Source of the DNA: Pecten maximus
Taxonomy: Eukaryota
Assembly (NCBI RefSeq): GCF_902652985.1
Contig: NC_047015.1
Span: forward strand, 12,214,001-12,278,000
Reading direction: 5' to 3'
DNA length: 64,000 nt
The notes under the pieces were generated by a model. The model searched no databases and was not told where the DNA came from. It saw only the letters and a program-made list of their open reading frames with translations. Position 1 is the stretch's first letter. Each line of letters starts with the position of its first letter. A program made the translations under genes and the position numbers. Of this stretch, positions 1 through 11,800 are shown one piece after another.

Positions 1-440
1 AAGGCTTAATAAGATAACCCAGTAATATAGTGACCAGTTGCCATAGCAACCACATTTAAAAAAAACAGAAAAAAAAAAGAAACAAAAGTGGCATGCACAT
101 CTACACATGTTCCTCTATATTTGTGAAAAGTTTCATTGAAATCGGCACTATGGTTTAGGAGGAGTTGTCTGGACAAACTTAAAGTTATGGTTCTTATCAG
201 AAAACCTGTTTATAGTGACCAGTTGCCATAGCAACCATAATCTTGAGAAAAATAAAGTGGCATGCACATCTACACATGTTCCTCTATATTTGTGTGAAGT
301 TTCATTGAAATCGGCCCATCAGTTTAGGAGGAGTTGCCCGGACAAAATGCGTCTACAGACGGACGGACGGACGGACGGACGGACGGACAACCTGATTCCA
401 GTATACCCCCCCCCCCCTAACTTCGTTGCGGGGGTATAAT
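1..440 (+). mobile_element. 3' part of a Helentron-associated (HINE/pearl-like) non-autonomous element
   Basis: Two core repeats of about 180 bp, a (GACG)n microsatellite at 358-388, and a terminal hairpin ATACCCCC...GGGGGTAT. Confidence 0.75.
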
Positions 441-1097
441 TATTTTAGAGAATTAATCACTGAATCATTGCAATGACAGTGTCATATACAGCTTTATGAG
501 CAGAGGTTAAATGCCTTCCCTATATAAAATAAAGTAAATTTTACCCCTTCTCAATGAAGACGCTTGACCCCAGGGTTATGAAATTTACAGTTTTGGTAAA
601 GGACCTCAAGACCTTTCCATCTACGTCTTTGATACAAAGAGTATTTGATTTCAGCTTATCTGGGAGTGGAGAAAAAGATTTTCAAAATTTCAGTCAATTT
701 GACCCTTTTTGACCTGCCCCTCAGGCTTCTCTGTTGTGAGTTTGAAACCCAAGTGGGGTAGCTACTTGGCACTGACCAGAGATCAGTGGATCCCTCGGAT
801 TAAACACTGGGTTTTCCAGCGTTCCTTCTCCTCCAAACCCGGTACATCCTTAAATGATATTGGCTTTCAACAGGGCGTAAAAAGAAACCAAACTGACCTG
901 GACGTTGGAAAAGTCAAAGTCAGTGCTTACACATTGATGTTTCATATTTATTATAGAAAATTTATAAAAATTATCACATTTCTTTATGAGCTTGACATGA
1001 AGGTAACAGTGATTAAACAAACAGCAGTTGGTTAAGTGTCCAAATAAATAAGTATTTTTCAAAGATTATTATGAAGTTACAAGACATATGTGATTAC

Positions 1098-1163
1098 CTA
1101 GACTTGAAGCTGACAGGAGTTCTTACAGCTGGTGTCCCTCTAGGAGCTGGATGTTGAAGATAT
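1098..1163 (-). other. Putative 66-nt internal exon of an unidentified leftward transcript
   Basis: Strong acceptor ttttgttttctttgttttag| and donor TAG|GTAATC. Only one frame is open (phase 2-2): YLQHPAPRGTPAVRTPVSFKS. No family recognised. Confidence 0.4.
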
Positions 1164-1304
1164 CTAAAACAAAGAAAACAAAATAGTTTTCAGAAAATAA
1201 AAACATAAATTCAGCTTCATTTAATCATTGATATCAATTTGTTTGCAAACTGTATGAATAAATAAATGTTTTTAACCTCTTATATGGTAGCAGTACGTGT
1301 ATAC

Positions 1305-1423
1305 CACAGGGGCTTGGCACGATTTTCCAAATGATAGTCCATATATATAATATGTATATAGTATCGATACTATATACATATATATATGGACTATCATTTG
1401 GAAAATAGTGCCAAGCCCCTGTG
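1305..1423. mobile_element. 119-bp fully palindromic MITE with 8-bp TSD (hAT- or P-like)
   Basis: CACAGGGGCTTGGCAC...GTGCCAAGCCCCTGTG folds back almost perfectly. The TSD GTGTATAC is at 1297-1304 and 1424-1431. Confidence 0.85.
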
Positions 1424-1477
1424 GTGTATACCAGTTTTAATAAAATATCTAACAATTGCAGTTGTATCAAATAAGTG

Positions 1478-2398
1478 AACAAGAGGCCCATGGGCCTTAA
1501 CGGTCACCTGAGATTTGAAATATTTCAGTTAATTTAATTGACCATTCTTGGCCCCATCCATCAGCCCCAAGGGGTCAGTCAGTACCAATATGTGCATACC
1601 ATCAACTGCTATCCCAAGCTGATAATGTTAACGAAATAAGAATGAATTCCAATAGAAATCAAACAAATCATAGTCAAAAATGTGATTTCCCTATATAAAC
1701 TATAATAAAATTTACCCCCTCCCAAGGGGTAGATGTGTGACCAGTGTCATGAAATTCATAATTTTAATTAAGCACCATAAGCCCCTTCCAACTATGAAGA
1801 GTATTTGATTCTACCTTATTTAGTTATTTGGGTCTTGAGAAGAGGATGTTTGAAATTTTTTGTCAATTTGACCCTTTTTAGCCCCGCTTATCTGCCCCTG
1901 GGGGTCAGTCAGGGCCAACATGTGTATACCATCAAACTGCCATCACAAGCTAATAATGTTAACCAAGTTAGAATGAATTCCAATAGAAATCAAACAAATT
2001 ATAGTCAAAAATGTTATTTCCCTATATAAACTAATGTAAAATTTACCCCCTCCCGAGGGGCAAAATGTGAGACCCCTGGGTCATGAAATTCATAATTTTG
2101 GTAAAGCACCATAAGACCCTTCCATCTATGAAGAGTATTTGATTCCAACATATCTGAGAGTATATAACTATATAGAGAAGAATATTTTTGAAGTTGCAGT
2201 CATTTTGACCCTTTTTAGCCCCATACCTCAGGCCCCTGGGGGGTGGGGACCATATAATTCACAATTTCGTTAACCTTTAGCCAGATTTCATTGAATTTGG
2301 TTCAGGGGTTTTGGAGAAGAAGTCAAAAATGTAAATTGTTTACGGACGCATGACGGACAACGACGGGCAAAAGGCGATAAGAATACCAGGTCACTTGC
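1478..2398 (+). mobile_element. HINE/pearl-like element
   Basis: 5' end AACAAGAGGCCCATGGGCCTTAACGGTCACCTGA, two core repeats of about 360 bp, and a GACG-type microsatellite remnant near the 3' end. Confidence 0.75.
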
Positions 2399-3852
2399 AA
2401 TTGAAATTGAGAGAATAGTTCTGCAATATGAAATGAAAACCATATTTTGTGAAAACTTTTAAAATATTTCAATTTAGTTTTTCTCAAGAGGGAAATAAAC
2501 TGCGCTCTGAGGCCTGGAATTGAATGCCCTTTCTGATGTAAATATTTGTCCATTGCAGTGATGGCCACATACATTGTGAACTTTTTACATTAGTCCCTGT
2601 GCAACTAAGCCAACTATATTTTACCTGTGTGCAGATGACATTTCAAAGAATTGTGATAATTTATTCCTGGTCATTGTTCGAATTTGTCAAATAATTTTCT
2701 TTAATACCTTTGTAAATAGATGAAATCAACTTGAATTCAAAAGTGTACAAAAATGTACATGGTTCCTCACCCAAAATAACTGAATATGACTTAATTGAAA
2801 ATATTTTAGTATCAACTTAGCTTTCTCCACATTGATTTCTTTGTACATGGCAAAAGATATAATTTGGCTCTGTCCAAAGATATAGTCTCAATCAAGGTCA
2901 GAGACTTCAAAACAAATAATTTCAAATTGTTAGCATTTGCATATGATGTAATCATGTTTCATTAAAAATTTGAATAAAAAGTCTAATTTGAAAAAAAAAA
3001 AAAAAGGTTGATAATGTGAGATTCATGAAGCAAATCATTTGAATAGTTAAATTTGATCTTTCAAAATTATTCCCATCACACAACACAGGCTGAAGTTATT
3101 CAATATTTCATTTCGAAATCAATTTCAAATCTTGAAATTTTCTTATTTAAACAATCATTATGACCAGGGACATATCCCTGATATCATGTATTGTAGTGAC
3201 AGGACCTGATGCATGAGGAACTTTCCAGCTTGCAGTGTACATGTCATTTCAATAGTTCTACAAATACATGTAATTGAATGATATAAGTTCAGAAAAAAAT
3301 TATGCAAACAAATTAAGAAATGATGCAGTTCTCTTGTTTGATTCAAAAATATAAAGACAATGCTTTAAAATTTATTCCAAAGAAAGATGTTAAAGTAAAA
3401 AAAAACTTCAGTGAAATTCCCAAAGGTATAAAGAATGTAAATTCACCACTTCCAAAAACCAACCTATAGCCGTATACCCGTTATTAGTACACATTGTTCA
3501 CGTCCAGGAAAATTAAATAGGCCTATAAATCTACAGTCTGAGGTACAATTTGACTCTGGGCAGCAAACTATGTACAATTTACCTGCAAACAGACCTGTTG
3601 GAACTACATCATTTTCCTTTCCCACTCATTCAATATATATCATAGTATGACGTGTCACTCTTACATTTTATGTAACAGATTATGACGTGTCACTCTCATG
3701 AATGTAGGATGGTTGTTCAAGCCAATTTTAAAATCATAAATTCAAATGTTTAAACTTTTAAAAAATGACATAAGACCAACTGCAGTTAGTGTACATGAAA
3801 GCTTGATAAGAATTTGCTTAACTCATACATGAAAATTATATTAATCTATGGA

Positions 3853-3988
3853 TGTAAAAGTTCAAGGAGTAGCAGTGTGCAGCCAGCTGGGATCGAACCA
3901 GCGACCCCGGCTTACTGGTCCACTGAGCTAAAGGGAAATTCCCCCTAGCTGGAAGCTATAGTAGAAGGCGACCATACAACTATGTACA
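3853..3988 (-). mobile_element. tRNA-derived element (SINE or tRNA-bearing LTR)
   Basis: The minus strand has an A box TAGCTCAGTGG and a B box GGTTCGATCCC with an internal deletion. Ends are TGTA...TACA. No TSD found. Confidence 0.5.
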
Positions 3989-4769
3989 GTATTTACAATT
4001 AACTAAAATTTTTCTACTCCAAATATAAAAATGTGTTTGAAGAATATTATTTTGACCATTTACTGTACATTTTTGAGTGTTGTAACAAGCTTTTATACTA
4101 CTATATCATAAATATTTATTTCCCTATTTGGAGAAATGCATGAAATTGAAATATAGATTATTTATATTAAGTTAAAAATGCCAGGTTCAAAGTCTGCATG
4201 CATAAAGGACGCTTTATATATTAGTTATTAGGTAGAGTTAAATTGATGGAAATGAGCATGACTATGAGTCGCATAAATTTCACATCTTCGGAGTTCTTAT
4301 TCTATGGCAACCCAGCTGGGATACCTGGGACAATCATATCATTTCAAAAGTGTAAGATAGCTAGTCATAAGCTTAAGTCTGTACCGGTTTACTTTATGAG
4401 CTTGGTAAAGGTAAGGTGTGATGACCAGTTTCCATCTAACAATTAAGGGGATCTTTATCTAGTTTATATGACCATGTACACCTGTCCAGATCTTCACACC
4501 TTATAAGGTAAACTTTGAAGGAGGGGTCATTATTGGGGTCAGTGTAAGTCACACCCTTGTGACCTGGAAGTGTGGGTGTGTAGGGGGGGGGGGGGGGGGG
4601 GGGGGGGATTATTTCTTATATAACTGGCATAAGAACTCCATGTATGACCTTGATTTAATGAGGCAGGAATAACATGAAAACAAAAAATTACATTAACAAA
4701 ATAATAAGATGATAGGCCTATACTGTATACTTTAAGATAAGTTACATGTTTTATGAGTAGTATACATAT

Positions 4770-6120
4770 GTATATCTATGCGAGCGGTTATAAATCAAAA
4801 TGTATTTCAATATTCTGCTCGTTCACGAGAAAATGTCCGTGAGCACACGTGCGGTTTTCTGTACATTTGTGACCTCAATCTGGCGATTCCCGTTGATATT
4901 TTTAGACGTAAACAATCACTGAGAAAGCTAGCCACATAAAAAACTAAACCGGCTAGGCCTATCGATAACTAAAATTAATTAAATTTGGAGAAAAAAGTAT
5001 TACTACAGTAAATATAAAATAAACGGGATCTGTTCTTCGTGCATATTTAGCGCCGCCTGTTTACATCAATGTCAACAAACAAGTTTACTTACAAGTTACA
5101 GTCAGCGGTACTGGTACTGCCGATGAGCTCGAGGCTACGGGACTTTGCTTGACATTCTGAACGCTGGGTTGATTATTTTTTGCACGCGTGCTTGTGCAAA
5201 GCAACATACAATCATGACAAAACATCCATATCTTGGAATATCGTCTCTGATATTCAGATATTGTAAGAAATACTGGCAGTGACAGTAAAATACAACACAG
5301 AACTTCAATGAGACAGGCGCAGCAACAAACTTGGTGACGTCACTGGCGACGTAACATCCGGAGAAGACCCTACTGAAAAAAACAACACACAAACGAATTT
5401 CACTTACCTATCTGTTATCTTTGTCCGCCTCGTTGGTTACGTGAAGGGAAAAGGATTCGCCGTGAATCACAGATATGTTCTCCGCCACGGACTGCGCTAG
5501 CGATTGTAATTCTGATTCTGTCCAATTTGGTTTTCCGCTTTGTAAGTGACAGTACGACTAACCACCCGAATCCAAACGCAATGGATCGAAAAGACCACAT
5601 ATCATTTATTGTGTTTCTTCTTACTTAGTTTAAATTAATGAAACTGAGCATATTATTTCCCAAAACCTGTTATTCAATTCAAAAAATTACTATCTATTAA
5701 TTATAAGCGGTAAAATATATGAAAATAAATGTTGACATTGTATTTTTTTCTTTTCGCTCCATCGGGTACTGATTAGGGTAATTAGGCCGCCCCGCCGGTA
5801 GCAATATGGCGTCGAGTCAAGTATGAAATTTTCCCTAGCGTAAGCGAGGGTCTATGCGGACGAATTAAAACACCTAGATGGGACTAAATATGTGTTCTGA
5901 GGTAAATAAGTATCTCATTTATCTATATATGTAAGCTAGGTGTTATGTCACACCCGATTTTATTGTATTTGCACCAAATTCTTAGCGACACCAAATTGTT
6001 TTCATATCTAGTGGTGCGCTCTGGCCCTGCACCAGATACAGTGCGTGGACGTGATGCAGGTATCCGTTTCTAGTGGTTTTCGCGATATTTGTCTCAATAT
6101 ATGTGCAGCCTGGCTATGGA
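4770..6120. promoter_or_regulatory. CpG-enriched promoter-like island
   Basis: CpG density is visibly higher than in the flanks. A GC box (GCCCCGCC, about 5789) and a YY1-like AATATGGCG (about 5803) are present. Confidence 0.4.
5408..5540 (-). pseudogene. Decayed Myb/SANT-like DNA-binding domain exon (PIF/Harbinger ORF2 / MSANTD type)
   Basis: With one frameshift it reads KR-KPNWTESELQSLAQSVAENISVIHG...TNEA-[deletion]-TKITDR, followed by the donor AG|GTAAGT. This resembles the RKPN(F/W)xxxExxxLxxxV pattern of Myb_DNA-bind_5 domains. Confidence 0.5.
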
Positions 6121-6894
6121 TCATGGTTACTGCCGTAATATTTATCAAATGAAACAGCCGATGATATTTAAATGTACTTTGCATAATTTTAGGCCTATAT
6201 CAAAGTATATGTTCACTGATTTATGTGCATATTTTGTCAATGTCTTTATGATCATTAAGTGTCGATTGTCAATTTATAATAAAAGATGTAAACACCTTCA
6301 TTTAACAAGATTTCAAGATTTTTATAGATACACTCAGACACATGTGTAACATGAGGACAATTGTGACAAACAATAGAAATAAGCATGAGCAACAAGAGCA
6401 ATTATATAGCTACTGTTAATTAAAAAAATGGTATCATTATGCATTCATGGCTTCTTTAGTCTAACTTAGTCAAATTTACATTGGTGTATACCAGAAATGT
6501 TCTACTATATTGACCTGGTAATCTTGATTATTTGAATTTATTTAGAAAAAGAAATATATATGTACAGTACTGTATATATGTATTCATGTTTCTTAATCTA
6601 TACCATTTGAGTGAAGTTATGTATAAGTCTTGAAATTTGTTTTCAAGTTTAAAAGAATTTGTTCAAATAGTATATATTGTTCATTTTTTTCTGGTTAATG
6701 TGAAATTTAAAACAATTAAAAGATCTCACTTGAAAATCAGTCCTCATTTATATGAAAAGTGATAAAAAAACCCACATAAGCATTAGAATAGACTGTAAGT
6801 GCTGAAAGAATGAAAATAAATGAAAATAGAAAATAAAAATGAATGAAAAACAACAAAATATTTGTTTACGCATGATTCTGATGCTTAAAATCTT

Positions 6895-7133
6895 TAATGT
6901 GATACACGCATGTAAATTTCACATGTATCTCGCATGTAGCAACAAAACATGCGATTCTCATGCGTGTCAAGTAGACATGTAAATCGCATGATAATCGCAT
7001 GTGGATGACATGAACTTTTCATGCGAAAATCATGCGTGTGGAAAATCATATGATATACGCATGAAAATCGTGTGAAAATCGCATGAAAAATGCTACGCAT
7101 GTGGCACATGTGTGGCACTTTTGCCTGTGTAGG
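6895..7133. mobile_element. One end of a non-autonomous DNA transposon (EnSpm/CACTA-like)
   Basis: Dense CACATG/CGCATG subterminal repeats ending in CACTTTTGCCTGTGTAGG. The opposite end is not seen. Confidence 0.45.
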
Positions 7134-7189
7134 AGAGGTCTCCAGCGCAACATGCCGCCCAAAGGCCTCATCCAAGACCAACCTCGAAT

Positions 7190-7342
7190 CACATTCATTA
7201 CGGGATGTAGAATATCAAATCATTCACATTCTGGACACGGATCCCTCATCCTCTGAATCCACCTCCGGCAGGAGAAAATCAGAGTTCTACTTGGTTACAT
7301 CAATTATACACTGACACCACTGGGGATCAATGTTCAAGGGTT
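7190..7342 (+). mobile_element. Relic of the GIY-YIG endonuclease C-terminus of a Penelope-like retroelement
   Basis: HSLRDVEYQIIHILDTDP...RRKSEFY / WLHQL / TLTPLGINVQG across two frameshifts. This matches the R..RE..WI..L.TL.P.G(L/I)N terminal motif. Confidence 0.6.
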
Positions 7343-8730
7343 ACATTATATTCTTAGTCATTTCTTCACAGCGCTCAAATATGTTTAAAAACATCAAGAA
7401 TATTCTTAAATTTTGCAGAAGGTCCAGAAACCTGATATTTTGCCAGCAGGTACGGAATTCAAATGATCTTCTTTTCAAATCTCGGAAGACACATATGCAT
7501 AATTTTTTGATCAAGTGCTATAAAAATGACCATGGCCTATACTTTAAACCTTGATATTTATGCGAGGGGGAAATTTACGCTAATTATATTTTGATATGAA
7601 TTTGCGTAATCGTGAACTAAAAGTGAAAGTGGATCGATCGCGAAAATTAATTTAACAAAAACACCAACAGAGGTCATATTTTGGTATATTGATACCATTA
7701 ATTGACTTGGACATGCATCAATCATTGACCCTACATTATAATGCACCAATGCATCAGTGAATCATATCCTCTATTAATAATATTGTATACTGATTTCTAA
7801 AACATCACTAACATATTACATTCAACGTGAAAATCGGATATACATGTAGTAATTTTGCCATTATTTTTGGCCATGTGAGCGATTCAGGCCCTCTAGGCCT
7901 CTTGTGTGACTGATCGAATAGAGATGGTCTCTTGGCAGCCATCTTTGATTTTGAGGGTCACATATAAAGAATGCTGGCACTGTTTCCATGAAAACACTTT
8001 TCTCTCTTGACTAATCTTATGAAACAAAATTGTAGACTTTTTCAGTACAATATACCCTGATCATTCATGACAGTAACTGACTTAGTGCCAGAGACTATTC
8101 ATGTAATTAATTCTAGTTATTACAATTAATGACCACAACAGTGTTAGTCTTGATCAGTAGTCTCAATCCCTTACATTCTCACATATTTGTTCTTAACATA
8201 TCAATTTATTTAACGTATACATGTATAAATAAAAAAAACAAACAAATTAGTAAGAATTAAAATGAAACCTTTAATTCATTTATAGAAATAGTAAGTACAA
8301 ATCTTAATTAAATAGAAGTGTAGTGAAACAGATGGTTCCTTGAATATGCATCACATGTAACTGTTTAGAAGACAAAACAGCACACTGGTATGTTGAATTA
8401 CAGCTATACATATATATATATAAGTCTCTGGTATGTTGAATTTTAAGTAAACATGTATATAAGTCGCTGGTATGTTGAATTTCAGCTATACATGTATATA
8501 AGTCACTGGTATGTTGAATTTTAAGTATACATGTAAATATGACATATTGGTGACTTATCTGCAAAGAAAATCTGCTTGGTGACAATTTACACACTGTATA
8601 TATAATTGCTGTTTGTACTGTGAACGTACAAATAACAGATTTGATGGAAAGTTGCAGTAGTGCTTATGTGTTAATGATATATGGCCAGTATTTACTGGCG
8701 ATTTGTCGGATACTGTTTATTGTATGAGCC

Positions 8731-8868
8731 CATCCTTGTATATACTGGTGGAGATTTGAGAAAATTATGGTACACATCCTTGTATATACTGGTGGAGATT
8801 TGAGAAGATTATGGTACACATCCTTGTATATACTGGTGGAGATTTGAGAAGATTATGGTACACATCCG
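8731..8868. repeat. 44-bp tandem repeat x3 in the ARPC1 3' UTR
   Basis: CATCCTTGTATATACTGGTGGAGATTTGAGAAGATTATGGTACA at 8731, 8775 and 8819. Confidence 0.9.
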
Positions 8869-8895
8869 TGTGAAAGACTTGTGGTATAAAGATGT

Positions 8896-11800
8896 CTATG
8901 CTATCCTCAGGCCAGAGATGCTCTTTTCCAGGGACTGAAACACCAAAACATGATACGTCATCAGATCAGAGGTTTAACATTGAAAAAGAAGAGGGGAAAC
9001 ATATTCTTCAGTATTCTTTGATCACATGTACAGTGCATATGTAAATTCAAATAATTTATACTTGTATACCACTTTAAACTTGTTGGTATGTATGAAAAAA
9101 ACTTACTTTAAAGTCCCAAATGATGAGCTGGCCATCTGCTCCAGAGGTAGAGAATTTGGTACAGTCAGCCTTAGTCCCAGCAAACACAGACACTTTGCTG
9201 GAGAGATGAAAATAAAGGCATGGCCATCTAGCTCCGGATATATAACCAGTTGAGACAATATACCATTGTGATATAATAATAACCTGTGTGTTGAGACATC
9301 CATTGTAAACAGTTAACATATACCATGTGTATATACCAGTGTGTTGAGACAATATACCATTGTGATATATAATAACCAGTGTGTTGAGACAATATACCAT
9401 TGTGATATATAATAACCAGTGTGTATTGAGACAATATACCAATGTGATATATAATAACCACCGTGTTGAGACAATATACCATTGTGATATATAATAACCA
9501 CCGTGTTGAGACAATATACCATTGTGATATATAATAACCAGTGTGTTGAGACAATATACCAATGTGATATATAATAACCACCGTGTTGAGACAATATACC
9601 ATTGTGATATATAATAACCACTTTTATTTCATCCACCACAATCTATTTAAATATGTTACACAATAAAAGATGTTGGTATCGTGTGCCATCACAGCCATCA
9701 AGCTGGTCTTTTGATAAGAGACAGCTGGCGACCATAGAAAAGTCCTTACCACACAGACCATGCTATTCTCAGTCACCCAAGTCAGACTCATGAAAGGCAG
9801 GAAGTTTCCTTTGACAACAGCAATTCTAGAAGGATAAGATAAACACTTTTAGATAAACTTATTCTACGTCCCTCTAATATAGAAGAAGCATGCAGTGTTG
9901 ATCTTTTAGCTGCATTACTTCAATTCTGGAGGTCTTGAAAGATTATCAAAAGTAGGTCACTATGAGGAATACTCCACCAATACATCATTATCAAAAGTAG
10001 GTCACTAGGGGGAGTACATTATCAAAAATAGGTCACTGAGGAGTACTCCACCGATTTAACGTAGGTCACTGATGAGTTCTACACCAATATATCAAAAGTA
10101 GGTCACTGAGGAGTACTCCACCGATTTAACGTAAGTCACTGATGAGTTCTACACCAATATATCAAAAGTAGGTCACTGAGGAGTACAACAGCAATGTATA
10201 AAAACAAATGTCACTGTGACATATACATGTAGCAACATTTCCATTAAAGCACATATCAGATATTAGATTATAACCTGACTTTAGGACACAGTGTATGACC
10301 GAGTCAATAAGTTGGATATGGCAGGGTGTCAGTAATGTTAGTGTTTGTAATGACGTTTGACTGAGGAGAGTCACAACTTATTTTATTATCAAAAAGTAGT
10401 TATAGAACTGTCTGTGAAAAAGCTTGTCAAGGGAGACTTGACAGAGACTTTTTTGAATACTTTCGTAGTTTTAAGATTTTCTTCCTGTGTCAAGTATGAT
10501 AAATCTAAGTCATACTCAAGCTCATATTGATCACTGGTATGTCTGCGTCTGCATTACTTAGAAACCAAGAGGCTGATAGGCATTAATGGTCATCTGACTC
10601 TAAAGACCCTTGTACTATTGTAGTGTACATACTCAGTAGCAAGTATAGTGGTACTGTTGGCCATAGTGGCCATGTTAGCACTAGTGGAAATTGAGAAATT
10701 TAAAATGTGTTTTCTAAGATGGCAGCCAGGGTTGCCATCTTGGATTTTGGACTGACCTGAAAAATAACAACACTTGGTCAGGATTATCTCAGGATCATTC
10801 CATGCAAATTTCAGCTCAATCCCACAAGTGGAACTTGAGAAGGATTTTGAAATGTGAAAAGTTTATGCACGGCGGATGGCAGATGACGACAGACAAAGTA
10901 CAATGACTATAGGTCTTCCTGATCCTTTGGGCCAGGTGTTTGTTCCTTCTGTTATACAGTTGTAAGAATTTTCACCAATATTCATCATTTCATTAGGTAC
11001 CCACAGGAGTTATCATTTCACAAAGTGGGGAGTTTTCATCCAGGTCATTGAAATTGTTGTTATTTAGATGCTTGGAGCACTCAGTGGTGAAACCAGCATT
11101 TATCGGGAAATAAATACCAATTTAACATCCATACAGGTAAGTTGTTTAAGGTGTCCTTTTAAAGTCTGGTACGGTCATGTGTGTGTACAAGCCAAGTTTT
11201 CTGGCCCTGTGAACTATGATTGAGTGGTATTATCAGAGCAAGTGGTTAGTTAATTGTGAAAATAGAAATGCCATAAATATACGTAAATGATGCAGTGAAT
11301 GTAGTCAGTTATTGTGGATATGGTCAGATCTTCAAGAGGTCATTAAAGTCATTGGTCAGTAAATTCAGGTTTCACTGTTCAGCATACTTACTGGTCACCA
11401 TTTCCTGCCAAGGCAACAGACACACTAGCGTCATGTCCTACCCAGGCCAGCTTTTCCCCTAGTTCACTGTTCAGAATACTTACTGGTCACCATTTCCTGC
11501 CAAGGCAACAGACACACTAGCGTCATGTCCTACCCAGGCCAGCTTTTCTCCACTAGGGGAGAATGACACACTATGGACCCATCCACCTATGGAAATGATC
11601 ACGAAGTTCTCAACAGAATTCCAAATAACAACAAAAAATATCAAAACACACCGTATCCTTCAGTTAAGCAATACAGAATTATCTTGTTAAAATAAAATTA
11701 GGTCAACAAAAGCAATTAATCCAATGAACAGTCTGTTACCGTGGAAACATTTCTTTATGGAATGAAATATTTGCACTAATCATGTACCATGCTATATATT

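Noticed and set aside
5806-5826. Plus-strand first exon ATGGCGTCGAGTCAA|GTATGA
   Set aside because: No downstream plus-strand exons were found before the ARPC1 3' end, and the ATGGCG overlaps a YY1-like motif.
9074-9639. Overlapping minus-strand ORFs as the missing ARPC1 segment
   Set aside because: Apart from 9197-9107, they translate the 40-bp minisatellite and show no ARPC1 similarity.
9944-10185. Tandem hammerheads (repeated CTGATGA/CTGAGGA...GTC)
   Set aside because: No GAAA box, and no pairing for stem I or stem II.
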